A DNA stretch of 64,000 nt from an uncultured Solirubrobacterales bacterium (GTDB lineage Bacteria; Actinomycetota; Thermoleophilia; Solirubrobacterales; Solirubrobacteraceae): the NCBI GenBank assembly GCA_963737395.1, contig CAVTSQ010000014.1, positions 55,690 to 119,689 on the forward strand, given 5' to 3'. The translations under genes were made by a program, and so were the position numbers. This document shows, piece by piece, positions 40,520-52,523 of this stretch. Under the pieces are notes generated by a model that was not told where the DNA came from, searched no databases, and saw only the letters and a program-made list of their open reading frames with translations. Every line of letters starts with the position of its first letter. Positions within the stretch are counted from its first letter, which is position 1.

Positions 40520-42018
40520 CTAGACCTCCGACGCGAGCTCCTTCTTCATGGCCTCGGTCTCGGGCGCCTCGATGTAGGGCTGCTCGGGCTCCTGGTGCTC
40601 CTCGTGGTACGCGCTCTCGGCGTTGACCGCCCAGATGTCGTGGTGCGTGCCGTCGACGAGGTTCTCCACGGCGCGCATCGAGGTCAGCATCGAGTGGTCC
40701 GAGTTGTTGTAGCGGTGCAGGCCGTTGCGGCCGACCTGGGTCAGGTTGGGCACCGTCTCGAGCCAGCCCTTGATCACGTCGACGCGCTCGGAGTAGTCGG
40801 CGTCGTACATCGGGTAGGCCTTGTGGACGCGGACGACGAAGCCGCGCTCGACCTGCTCGGGCTTGGCCAGGCCGAGCTGGTCGAGCTCCTTCTTGCCGAG
40901 CTCGATGAGGTCGTCGTCGGCCATGGTCCAGAGCTTGTCGCCCTCGAAGCAGAAGAACTCCAGGCCGATCGAGGCCTTCTTCGGGTCCGGCACCATGTCC
41001 GGGCTCCAGGAGCGGAAGTTCTGGATCCGGCCGACGGTCACGTCGGGCTCGTGGATGTAGATCCAGTTGTCCGGGAACAGGTCCTCGCCGTCGATCACGA
41101 GCGAGACGGTGAGGAAGTCGCGGTAGCGGATGCCCTGCGCGGCGGTCTTGACCGGAGCGGGCACGGCCGGATCGGCCAGGCCGACGATCGAGCGCAGCGG
41201 CAGCGAGGAGATCACGGCGCTGGGCACGATCGTCTCGCCGCCGGCCACGACCTCGACGACGCCGCCCTCACCGGTCTTGACGCGGGTGACGGGCGCGTTG
41301 AGCCGCACCTCGCCGCCCATGCGCACGATGTAGGAGGCCATCGTCTCCCACATCTGCCCCGGGCCGAAGCGCGGGTACTTGAAGCGGTCGATCAGCGACG
41401 TGTGGCCGGCCTTGTTGCCGAAGAACGCGGCCTTGGCGGCCGAGAAGAACGAGAGGCCCTTGATGCGCTGGGCCGCCCACTCGGCGCGGATCTCCGAGGT
41501 GGAGACGCCCCACACCTTCTCGGTGTAGGACTTGAAGAACAGGTTGAACAGGCGCTTGCCGAAGCGGTTGGAGACCCACTGCTCGAAGGTGTCCTCGCGG
41601 CCCTTGGGCTTGATCTGCGCCCACGAGGTAGGAGAGCGAACGACCGGGTCAGCTCGACGGGGCCGAGCTTCTTGATGACGTCCATGCCCTGCAGCGGGTA
41701 GTCGAGGAACTTCTTGTTCCAGTAGATCCGCGACTGGCGGGGGCGCAGCAGCCACTGCTCCTCGCCGAGCTCCTCCGAGGCCTGGGCCATGATCTCGTCC
41801 CAGAGGGCCTCGACTTCCTTCGCCTTGGTGAAGAAGCGGTGGCCGCCGAGGTCGAAGCGGAAGCCGTCGCGCTCCTCCGTGCGGGCCAGGCCGCCGAGCT
41901 GGTCCTGGCTCTCCAGGACGAGGACGGGCTTGCCGCGCTTGGCGAGCAGGTAGCCGGCGGTCAGGCCGGCGGGACCGCCGCCCAGGACGACGACGGGATG
42001 CTCCTTGGTGATCTCCAT
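40520..42018 (-). CDS. NAD(P)/FAD-dependent oxidoreductase (amine-oxidase / UDP-galactopyranose-mutase-like fold); frame-disrupted (1 indel near 41630)
   Basis: The N-terminal piece [46 protein letters not shown]...GGHRFF lies in ORF 41392..42018. The remainder is in ORF 40520..42205 (..[27 protein letters not shown]...[15 protein letters not shown]..). Confidence 0.7.
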
Positions 42019-42054
42019 GATTCTCGGTTTCCTCTTCGCTTCTCGGGCGGGTGC

Positions 42055-43659
42055 TCAGCCGGTGCGGACATAGAGCACGGCGCTGTTCCCGACGGTCGAC
42101 GCGCCTTGGTAGAACCGCGGTCCGACGGCCACGCGCTTCAGGCGCGGATCCGTGGCGAAGTAGTGACCCCACTGAGCCGAGCGGCGGCGGACCAGCTTCG
42201 TCCACGGTGCCTTCCAGTTGGACACGCCCTCTGTGAACGGGCGCACGAACAGGACGTGCTGGCCCGGCCGGAGGTTAGCAACGAGATTGCCCGACGTCAC
42301 GCGGCGGATCCCCGCGCTTGTAGGCGTCCACCGCGTCGCGCCAGTCCATCACGTAGGGGTCGGTCTGCACCTTGCCCACGACGGTCTGCGCGTAGCGCTT
42401 GTCCGGGCCGAAGTAGTAGGCCAGCGTCGGCATCTGCTCGGGCTGGCCGGAGACGACGAGGTCGCCGGGGCGCATCTGCGGCCCGATCTCGGCGGCGATG
42501 TCGCGCAGTTGTCGCTCTTGACGCCGCCCGTGTACTGGTTCGGGAGGATCCAGAAGAAGCACCGTGATCGCCAGGACGGCGATGCCGATGCGGCGCGCGC
42601 GGGCGAGCCCGAGCGCGGCGAGCAGCAGCAGCGGCCCGTCGACGATGCCGAAGTAGCGCGTGGTCCACGCCGGCGAGAACTGCGAGGCGACCCAGGCGAT
42701 GACGAGCGTGACGACGATGATGATCGCGATCGTCGTGACGGCGCGGCGGTCGGGAGCGTGGACGGCTCCTTGGAGCGCAGGACCTGGGCCAGGCCGAAGC
42801 CGCCGCCGACGAGCAGCGGGACCGCGGCGCGGTCGCCGCCCATCAGGCCGCGGGAGATCTGGATCGGGGCGCCGAGCCGCGGCGCCGTCGACCACGGGGC
42901 GGCCGTGTGGCGGCTCTGCTCGAGCAGCGTCGGCAGCCAGGGCGCGAAGAGCAGCGCGGCGCCGCCGAAGGAGATGAGCCCGTCGACGAGCATCCCCTTG
43001 CGCTCCTCCTCCTGGGCGCGGAACAGGACGAGCACGGCGACGAAGCAGCCGACCCCCATGAACAGGCCCCAGCCGTGCGTGTAGATCATCGCCGCGAGCG
43101 AGAGCGCGCACGGGATCGCCCAGCGGCGGCGGCGCAGGACGAAGACGAGGACGATCAGCGTGGTCGTCGTCAGGCCGAAGAGCGCGAGCAGCGAGTACAT
43201 CCGCGTCTCGCCGCCGTAGTAGGTCAGGAACGGGTTGAGCGCGCAGAGCAGCGCGCAGACCCAGCCGACGCGCGGCGTGAAGATGCTCCAGCCGGCCCAC
43301 AGGCCGACCGGGACCATCGCCACGGCCGCGAGCGCGGACAGCATGTGCGTGCGCGCCTCGGTCGTGCCGAACACGTTCATCCAGACGTGGAGCAGCATGT
43401 AGTAGAGCGGCGGCGAGCCGTCCTGCTGGAGCACGCTCGGGATCGCCGTGAACGGGTGCGAGGCGATGCCGACCGAGAGGCCCTCGTCCATCCAGAAGCC
43501 CTTCGAGAGCCCGCGGGTCTGGTGCCACGTCGCGAGGACGATCAGGAACAGCAGCAGCGCCCCGCCGAGGGCGAAGGTGATGGCGCGGGAGGCGGCGGGG
43601 CGGCGGGCGGCGCGCAAACGCGCACGCGGACTTGCGACGGCGGTAGCCACGGTCGGCAC
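42055..43659 (-). CDS. GT-C fold glycosyltransferase, family 39 / ArnT-PMT_2-like polytopic membrane protein; frame-disrupted (about 3-4 switches)
   Basis: ORF 42349..43659 contributes MPTVATA...FWMDEGLSVGIASHPF...SPPLYYMLLHVWMNVFG.. plus many TM helices. The middle pieces lie in the 42275..45094 frame (..TTIAIIIVVTLVIAWVASQFSP..DLVVSGQPEQMPTLAYYFGPDKRY..). The C-terminal ORF 42055..42300 is the soluble tail. Confidence 0.7.
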
Positions 43660-43683
43660 AGAATAGGCGCCGGGCGGGACCGA

Positions 43684-45094
43684 TCAGGACGCGACGCGTC
43701 CGCAACCGGTGCGCAGGATCTCCCAGGGGCCGGCGTCGCCGACCGGCCAGTCGCGGTAGCCGGTCGCCGGGCCGTAGTTGCCGCGCCACCGCTGCTGCAC
43801 GCGCAGCACGGTTCCGCGCGCGCCCGCGCGTGAGCCCACGCGGCGCGCCGGGACGTCGAGATACCAGGCGACCATCGGGCGCTGGAGCTTGCGCGTGATG
43901 ACGCGTCCGTCGCCGCAGCGGGCCAGCCCGCGGCGGCCGCCGGCGCGCGCGAGCGCGGCCGGGAGCTCGGCCCGGATCCAGCGCTGGTGGGCGACGGCGT
44001 GGCCGAGGTGGCGCCAGCGCGGACCGCGCTCGCGGGCGTCGGCGGCGAACGTGCCGGCGCCGGCCAGCACGGCGAGCGTGAGCGCACCCGCCACGAGCGC
44101 GTCGCGCGAGACGACGAACCCCGCCGCGGGCGCCGGGCGGGCCCGGGCCATGCGGACGTCGAGCGCGGCGAGCAGCGCGCCCCAGGCCGCGCCGCCGGAG
44201 ACGGCGAGCAGCGCCGCGGCGGGCAGCGCGTAGCGGGCGTTGCCGGCGAAGCCGAGCTGGGCCATCAGCGCGACCTCGGCGATCCAGAACGCGGCGCCGG
44301 CGAGCAGCGGGCGGGCGAGCGGGCGGCGCAGCGCCGCGCCGGCCAGCGCGCCCGCGAGCGCCCAGGCGGGGAGCAGCGTGAGCGCGACGCGACCGACGCC
44401 GCCGGCGTCGCGCACCGCTTCGGTGCCGTGATGGGTGGCGCGCGTGGCGGCGCGCAGCGGCTCGCCCGAGCCCCACCACTCCGGCCCGGTCCACAGCGCC
44501 GCGGCGGCCACGATGCCGCCCAGCCCGACGACGACCAGCCGGCGGTCCTCCCGCCCGCACACGAGGACGTAGGCGGCCAGCAGCGGCGCCGCCTCCGGAC
44601 GCAGCAGCAGGGCCACCAGCCCGAGGCCGACGGCGAGGCGCGGGCGTGCGTCGAGATGGGCGAGCACGGCGCCGAGGACGAGCGCGACGAGCAGCCCCTC
44701 GGAGTAGCCCACCGCGGCCTGGCGGCCGAACGAGGTGGCGAGCAGCAGCGCGACGACGGCCAGCGCGCCGCCGGCGACGCCGGCCGCGCCGGGCGGCCCG
44801 AGGCGCCGCGCGACCACGAAGGCGAGCACGAGCGCGAAGGCCGAGGCGGAGCGCGAGAGCGCGATCCAGGCGTCGGGGGCGAGCGATGCCGAGCAGCGAC
44901 AGCGGCGCGTCGATCAGCGCGGGCAGCGGCTTCCAGGACGGCCCGCCGACCGTGTCGAGGCGGCCGTGGGCGAGCTCGCGCCCCCAGCCCAGCCAGGACC
45001 ACGCGTCGTAGGCCGGCGTGGCGGCGGCGGCGGCGCTGGCGATCCCGGCCGCCAGACAGGCGGCGCCGGCGGCGATCAGCGGCCGGCGGCGCAC
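43684..45094 (-). CDS. Polytopic membrane protein, probable second GT-C-type glycosyltransferase; frame-disrupted (1 indel near 44880)
   Basis: The N-terminal piece MRRRPLIAAGAACLAAGIASAAAAATPAYDAWSWLGWGRELAHGRLDTVGGPSWKPLPALIDAPLS lies in ORF 42275..45094. The rest is in ORF 43684..44829 and has about 9 more TM helices. The family assignment rests on topology and context only. Confidence 0.45.
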
Positions 45095-45107
45095 GGCCTC
45101 GTGGTCC

Positions 45108-46091
45108 CTAGGACGTGACCGGCTGCTCGGACATTCGCTCCGCGCGGGCGGCGCGCAGACGCGACAGCCCGCCGTAGCGCGCGAAGAGCACGATCAGCCC
45201 GACGATGGTGATCGGGATGAACAGCACGAAGCGGAGCAGCAGCAGGTAGGAGAGCGCGGCCTTGCCGGCGGTGTTCGAGACGGCCTTGACGCCGAACAGC
45301 ACGGCGGCGTCGTAGGTCCCGATGTAGCCGGGCGCGGCGGGGATCAGCGCGCAGAGGTTCGTGAAGGCCACGACGGACAGGCCGCCGTGGAGCCCGATGT
45401 GCACGCCCACGGCCTCGGCCACGAGCATGTAGACCGCGGCCTCCGTGGTCCAGATCGCCAGCGAGGCGATCAGCAGCACGACCCCGCGCCAGGACAGCAG
45501 CTGCTTGGCCGGCATGAGCAGCGGGACGATGCCGTGCCGCAGCCGCGCGCGCAGGTCGGGCGAACGGAGGAGCGTGACGCCGGCGATGACGATCAGCAGG
45601 AGGACGACGGCGACGGCGGCGACGATCAGCGCGGTGCTCGGCGCGCGCAGGTTGTCGGCGAGCTTCCAGGCCAGCGCGACGAGCAGGATGCCCAGGGCCA
45701 GCGCGTCGAGCAGGCGCTCGACGAGGATCGATCCGAGCACCAGGCGCCGGCTCGTGCCGGTGCGCGAGTGCAGCAGGAAGACGCGGAGCAGCTCGCCCGC
45801 GCGGGCGGGCAGCGCGTTGTTGCCCATGTAGCCGACGACGGTCAGCGACTGCGTCTCGGTCCGGCTGACCTCGACGCCCTCGGCGACGAGGATCGCGTGC
45901 CAGCGCTCGCCGCGGGCGACGGTCGCCAGCGCGTAGATCGCCAGCGCGCCGAGCAGCTCGGCGAAGCCGCCGGTGGTGTCCGGGAGCGTCGGCGCGGACT
46001 GCTGCGTCGCCCACCAGACCACGCCCGCGATCGGCAGGATCCAGAAGGCGATCTGCAGGGGGAGGTAGCGGCGGTTGGCGAAGACGTTCAT
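45108..46091 (-). CDS. Flippase-like / lysylphosphatidylglycerol-synthase-TM-region family (UPF0104) membrane protein
   Basis: Intact 327-aa ORF containing ..VARGERWHAIL...YMGNNALPARAGELLRVFLL...LIPAAPGYIGTYDAAV.., which is typical of this family. Confidence 0.75.
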   Translation of the reverse strand: MNVFANRRYLPLQIAFWILPIAGVVWWATQQSAPTLPDTTGGFAELLGALAIYALATVARGERWHAILVAEGVEVSRTETQSLTVVGYMGNNALPARAGELLRVFLLHSRTGTSRRLVLGSILVERLLDALALGILLVALAWKLADNLRAPSTALIVAAVAVVLLLIVIAGVTLLRSPDLRARLRHGIVPLLMPAKQLLSWRGVVLLIASLAIWTTEAAVYMLVAEAVGVHIGLHGGLSVVAFTNLCALIPAAPGYIGTYDAAVLFGVKAVSNTAGKAALSYLLLLRFVLFIPITIVGLIVLFARYGGLSRLRAARAERMSEQPVTS

Positions 46092-46160
46092 GACGCAGGA
46101 AACCCGTGGTCGGCGGACAAGCCGGCCACAGGTGCCTTTTACCCTACCCGGCCCTCCGGG

Positions 46161-46592
46161 TTACCAACGGGTGACAGCCTGCATGGCGGGCGGTGCTAGG
46201 TGCTCTGCTGGGCGATCTCGTTGACGCACTGCTCCGACCGGATCGAGCTGGGCGTCGCTGGCGGTGCCGGTGTAGAAGACGATCCGCTGGACGACCTCGG
46301 CCCCCTCGGTCTGGCCGCGCAGCTGGTCGGCGTCGGCGTCGGCCGGCGTCGGCGCGAAGCGGATGCGCATCCCCGCCGCGGCCGGCTCCACGGTGATCCG
46401 GTAGGTGTCGGTCTGCTTGGCCTTGATCCCGCGGCCGCCGAGGCAGCCGAGCATCGCCGGCACCGGGTTGAAGGCCTGCGGCTGGGCGGGATGCGGCGCC
46501 TTGTCGGCCGCCGGCGCGGCGGGGTTGTCCGAACCGCAGCCGGCGAGGGCCACGGCGGCGGCGCAGAGGGCGAGAGCGGCAGAACGAACCAC
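46161..46592 (-). CDS. Lipoprotein, hypothetical (3' end uncertain; an alternative frame ends at 46196)
   Basis: The lipobox is AAVALAGCGS, after a GTG start at 46592 (or TTG at 46598). The last roughly 25 aa of the as-given frame are Arg-rich. A one-base shift gives ..LDPIRSEQCVNEIAQQST*, which looks more protein-like. Confidence 0.55.
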   Translation of the reverse strand: MVRSAALALCAAAVALAGCGSDNPAAPAADKAPHPAQPQAFNPVPAMLGCLGGRGIKAKQTDTYRITVEPAAAGMRIRFAPTPADADADQLRGQTEGAEVVQRIVFYTGTASDAQLDPVGAVRQRDRPAEHLAPPAMQAVTRW

Positions 46593-46710
46593 GCGCAAGA
46601 GCCTAGTGGCGCGCTCGGCGGGCGGGTTGTGTGTCCACTGCACGATTGAGCCGGCGCCAGACCGGAAACCCCCCATTCAGCGACCGCCTCCTCCGCCCGC
46701 GGTCACTCGC

Positions 46711-47139
46711 ATGCCCACGCCCTTCCCCATCGACAACCAGCGCCGCTCCGTGCACGTCACGATCCCGGCCGGCCCCGAGGCCCCCGCGCACGCGCGCCAC
46801 GTCGTGCGTGACCTCTGCGAGGGCCGGTGCGTGGTCTCCGAGCTGGTCGTCTCCGAGCTCGTCACCAACGCCGTGCGCCACTCGGACACGCGCCCGGGTG
46901 ACGCGATCACGCTCGAGTCGCGGTGGATCGGCGACCGGCTGCGGATCTCGGTGACCGATCGCGGGACCGGCTTCGCGCACGACGGCTCGCCTCCCCCGTC
47001 CGGCCGCGTCGGCGGCTGGGGGCTGCACATGGTCCGCGAGGTCTGCGAGGACTGGTGGATCGAGACGCTCGACGACGGGGGCACCCGCGTCGTGGCCGAG
47101 CTGCGCCTCTCCGGCGACGCCGGCGCCGTCGCCGCCTAG
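46711..47139 (+). CDS. Anti-sigma regulatory factor, RsbW/SpoIIAB-type serine kinase (HATPase_c_2)
   Basis: Intact from the ATG at 46711. The N-box is SELVTNAVRH, the G1 box is DRGTGF and the G2 box is GGWGLHMV. Confidence 0.75.
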   Translation: MPTPFPIDNQRRSVHVTIPAGPEAPAHARHVVRDLCEGRCVVSELVVSELVTNAVRHSDTRPGDAITLESRWIGDRLRISVTDRGTGFAHDGSPPPSGRVGGWGLHMVREVCEDWWIETLDDGGTRVVAELRLSGDAGAVAA

Positions 47140-47152
47140 TCGCGCTGCGGCG

Positions 47153-47479
47153 CTAGATCGATTCGACGATCTCGAGCCGGGAGTCGAGCCCGGTGAGCTC
47201 GAGCACGCGGTGCACCGGGTCGGGGCCGCGCACGACGATCAACCGCCGGCCGACGTCCCGCGCGCGGGCCGCCGCGGCGACGATCAGCCGCAGCCCGGTC
47301 GAGTCCATGAACGAGAGCCCGGAGAGGTCGACGGCGAGCGTGTCCGGCTGCTGCTCCTCCGAGGCGCGGATCTCCTCCTCGGCGCGCGGAGCGGTGGCGA
47401 TGTCGAGCTCGCCGGCAAAACGCACGCGGACGCCCCCGTCGAAAGGCTCGGAAGTGGCGGTGAGGGGCGTGGATGCCAT
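47153..47479 (-). CDS. Anti-sigma-factor antagonist (STAS domain, RsbV/SpoIIAA-like)
   Basis: Intact 108-aa ORF containing ..LAVDLSGLSFMDSTGLRLIV.., which holds the phosphorylatable Ser in the DSTG context. Confidence 0.85.
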   Translation of the reverse strand: MASTPLTATSEPFDGGVRVRFAGELDIATAPRAEEEIRASEEQQPDTLAVDLSGLSFMDSTGLRLIVAAAARARDVGRRLIVVRGPDPVHRVLELTGLDSRLEIVESI

Positions 47480-47547
47480 GGCGCGGAATCCTAATCACTT
47501 CTGGCGCTTCATCAGGTGTCGTACAAGATCTCAGTCGGCTACACTGA

Positions 47548-47564
47548 ACTTCAACAAGTGAAGT
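47548..47564. promoter_or_regulatory. 6-5-6 inverted repeat ACTTCA-acaag-TGAAGT in the AT-richer leader between the STAS gene and lon
   Basis: Read directly from the sequence. It lies about 20 nt upstream of the lon GGAAGG ribosome-binding site and TTG start. It does not match the HspR (HAIR) or CIRCE consensus sequences as I remember them. Confidence 0.3.
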
Positions 47565-47584
47565 ATGACCCTGGAAGGACCACC

Positions 47585-49882
<2,298 letters not shown>

Positions 49883-49941
49883 CGCATCCCCGTGGCGGGC
49901 CTGGTCGCTTGCGGCCGGGCCCGTCCGGGCATGCGGAGGAC

Positions 49942-50136
49942 ATGCACCCCAAGGACATCGGCCACGCCGGCCTCCAGGGTTGGCGCGCCAAGCTCGCCGA
50001 CCGCACCGCGCCTCCGCTCGCGAAGCGCACGCCCCTCGACGAGGACACCATCCGCGCCGCCGTCGGCGGCGTCTTCCTCGCCCTCTCGGTGATGTACGTC
50101 GTCACCGCGATCCGCCGGATCGTGTCGGACGCCTGA
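49942..50136 (+). CDS. Small C-terminally anchored membrane protein (64 aa), hypothetical
   Basis: This is the tail of ORF 49639..50136 from the ATG at 49942: MHPKDIGHAGLQGWRAKLADRTAPPLAKRTPLDEDTIRAAVGGVFLALSVMYVVTAIRRIVSDA. GC3 is high, but the Shine-Dalgarno spacing is poor. Confidence 0.4.
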   Translation: MHPKDIGHAGLQGWRAKLADRTAPPLAKRTPLDEDTIRAAVGGVFLALSVMYVVTAIRRIVSDA

Positions 50137-50153
50137 GTCGGGGCGCCGTTCGT

Positions 50154-52523
50154 TCAGCGGCCGGGCGACGGCGGCGCCCCGCGGCCCCACGCCGACGACG
50201 GCGTCGCCGCCACGCCGACGCGAACCGACGCGCCGCCGCGCAGCGCGGCCCAGCGCAGCCACGACCGCGTCGAGGCGCGACCGTTCACGCTGAGCGCGCG
50301 CACGTACGGGCGGCCGCGCGTCGCGCCCGGGGCCGCGATGCGGACCGTCCCGTGCGCCGTGCGCAGCGCGGCGCGCGGGAACAGCGGCGCTCCGACCAGC
50401 ATCAGGTCGTCGCCCGGCACCGGCGGGTAGAGCCCGAGCGAGGCGAGCACCCACCAGGCCGACATCGTCCCCGCGTCGTCGTTGCCGGGCAGGCCCGCGG
50501 GCGTCGGTGAGTACAGGCCGAGCAGCGCGCGGCGGACCACGCTCTCGGTGCGGTCTGGGCGGCCGACCCAGTGGTAGAGCCACGGCGTCGACAGCGTCGG
50601 CTCGTTGCCGAGGTAGGCCTGGGAGCTGCCCGGCCCCGCGTTGATCGCGCTGAAGAACGAGTCGAGGCGCTTGCGGGCCGCGAACTTGCCGCCGACCCTC
50701 CCGATCAGCCCGGCGGGGTCCTGGGGAACGAACCACGTGTACTGCTCGGCCGTCCCCTCGGCGAAGCCGTCGGAGGACGCGGGCCGCACCCCGGACTGGA
50801 AGTCGCCGTTGCCGAAGCGGGGCGTCGCGCGCTCGGTGGCGGGATCGATCACGTGGCGCCAGTTGCGCCCGCGGCGGGCGAAGCGCGTCGCGTTCGCGCG
50901 GTCGCCGAGCGAGGCGGCCAGCCGGCCGATCCCGAAGTCGGCGAGCGCGTACTCGAGCGTCGTCGAGACGCTCCCCCACGGCAGCGACGGCGTGTAGACG
51001 TGGGCGAAGCCGTCGCCCGAGCGCTCGTGCGGCACCCAGCCCAGGCGCAGGTAGGCGGCGAGCTGCTCGCGTTCGACGTACCCCTCCCGCGTGCGGCACG
51101 TCCGCGTGCCGCCGCGGACCAGCGCGCGCAGGGCGGCGCGCCGGTCGAAGTCGCGCGCGCCCAGGGCCGAGATGCTCGTGATGATCGGCGCGCTCGGGTC
51201 GCCGACCATCACCGACGTCTGGCCGTTGGCGACCGGCCAGCGCGGCAGGCAGCCGCTCTCGCGGGCGTCGCGCACGAGCGAGTCGGCGATCCCGGCGGCC
51301 CGCCGCGGCGCGATCATGGCCAGGAGCGGGATCTCCGTGCGGTAGATGTCCCAGCCCGAGACGTTGGCGTACTGCACGCGCCCGCGGGCGAGGCGGTGGA
51401 CCTTGCCGTCCATCCCGGCGTAGCGGCCGTCCACGTCGGAGAAGACGTTCGGGTGCAGCAGCGAGTGGTAGAGCGCGGTCGTGAACGTCTGGCGGTCCGC
51501 GCGGCGCCCGCCGGCGACGCGAGCGGACGACAGCGCGGCGTTCCAGGAGCGGCGCGCGGCCCGGCGCACGCGGGCCAGCGGCTTGCCGGCGCTCTCGGTC
51601 AGGTTGCGCCGCGCCCCGGCGAGATCGGTGAACGAGACCCCGACGCGGACCTCGACCGTGCGCGTGCGCCGCGTGTCCCACGACGCGTAGGCGCCGGCGC
51701 GGGCCGGCGCCGGCGCGGCCCGGGCCGTCCGCCCGCCCGGCGACAGCCGGTCCCCGCGCCACGTGCCCGAGCTCGCGAAGGGCCGCGAGAAGCGGGCGAC
51801 CCAATGGAGCCGGTAGGTGTTGTGCGAGGCGCAGAACGCCCCGCTCGCGACGATGCCGGAGATCTCGCGGCGGGCGGGGTCGACACGGAGCCGCGCGGCG
51901 TCGTCGGCGGCCGCGCTGCCGCCCGCGTTGACGAGCACGCTCGCGCGGCGGCGAGCGGGGAACGTGAAGCGCCCCGCGCCCGAGCGGGCCGTCGCGGTCA
52001 GGTCGGTGCGCACGCCGTCGCGGGTGATCAGCGCGTAGCTGCCCGGTTCGGCGTGCTCGTGCCGGTGGCTGAAGCGCGGGGCGTCGCGCTCGATGTCGGG
52101 CACCCGCGTGACCGCCCGCGGCACGGGCAGGAACGGCGCGTCGCCGAAGACCGGGCAGCCGACGCCGGAGATGTGGGTCAGCGAGAAACCCTTGAGCCGG
52201 TCGTCCTCGTAGGCGTAGCCGCCCGTCCGCTGCGCCGCGGTCGGAAGCGTGTCGGGGCTCCACTGCACCATCCCGAACGGCGTCGCCGCGCCCGGCACGG
52301 TGTTCCCGGCGCCCGCGGCCTGCCCGATCGCGGGCGCGCCGATGGCGGTGCCGACGAGCGGGTTGACGAGCGAAGCGCGGTCGGAGGCGGCGGCGGCGCG
52401 CGGCGCGCCGGCGAGCATGGCGACGAGGAGTCCGGCGAGCGCCACGCAGGTGAACCGGAGCACCTCGCGGACGCTAGCGGCCGCCGCGTCCGGAACCGTG
52501 GGCTTGGGTAGCTTCCTGGACAT
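50154..52523 (-). CDS. Secreted glycoside hydrolase family 92 (alpha-mannosidase)
   Basis: Intact about 790-aa reading within ORF 50154..52871, starting at MSRKLPKP (52523; alternative GTG at 52463). It has a signal peptide and GH92 blocks ..GNTVPGAATPFGMVQWSPDT...GFSLTHISGVGC...LYHSLLHPN...GWDIYRTEIPLL...GNEPTLSTPWLY...PGNDDAGTMSAWWV.. Confidence 0.85.
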   Translation of the reverse strand: MSRKLPKPTVPDAAAASVREVLRFTCVALAGLLVAMLAGAPRAAAASDRASLVNPLVGTAIGAPAIGQAAGAGNTVPGAATPFGMVQWSPDTLPTAAQRTGGYAYEDDRLKGFSLTHISGVGCPVFGDAPFLPVPRAVTRVPDIERDAPRFSHRHEHAEPGSYALITRDGVRTDLTATARSGAGRFTFPARRRASVLVNAGGSAAADDAARLRVDPARREISGIVASGAFCASHNTYRLHWVARFSRPFASSGTWRGDRLSPGGRTARAAPAPARAGAYASWDTRRTRTVEVRVGVSFTDLAGARRNLTESAGKPLARVRRAARRSWNAALSSARVAGGRRADRQTFTTALYHSLLHPNVFSDVDGRYAGMDGKVHRLARGRVQYANVSGWDIYRTEIPLLAMIAPRRAAGIADSLVRDARESGCLPRWPVANGQTSVMVGDPSAPIITSISALGARDFDRRAALRALVRGGTRTCRTREGYVEREQLAAYLRLGWVPHERSGDGFAHVYTPSLPWGSVSTTLEYALADFGIGRLAASLGDRANATRFARRGRNWRHVIDPATERATPRFGNGDFQSGVRPASSDGFAEGTAEQYTWFVPQDPAGLIGRVGGKFAARKRLDSFFSAINAGPGSSQAYLGNEPTLSTPWLYHWVGRPDRTESVVRRALLGLYSPTPAGLPGNDDAGTMSAWWVLASLGLYPPVPGDDLMLVGAPLFPRAALRTAHGTVRIAAPGATRGRPYVRALSVNGRASTRSWLRWAALRGGASVRVGVAATPSSAWGRGAPPSPGR

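Noticed and set aside
42275-45094. Very long Arg/Pro/Ala/Gly-rich ORFs, including 42275..45094 (-), 54942..57737 (-), 49879..52263 (-), 33197..35347 (-), 15206..16345 (-), 18384..19688 (-) and 31112..33568 (+)
   Set aside because: These are typical high-GC artefacts. They are off-frame or antisense to genes with clear family motifs. They have extreme Arg/Pro/Ala content and no recognisable domains. Only short segments of some of them, used above, carry real coding sequence because of frame switches.
47516-47584. GTG at 47516 (MSYKISVGYTELQQVKYDPGRTT...) as the lon start
   Set aside because: This stretch has AT-rich third positions, unlike all real coding sequence here. It contains the inverted repeat and the GGAAGG ribosome-binding site that serves the TTG at 47585.
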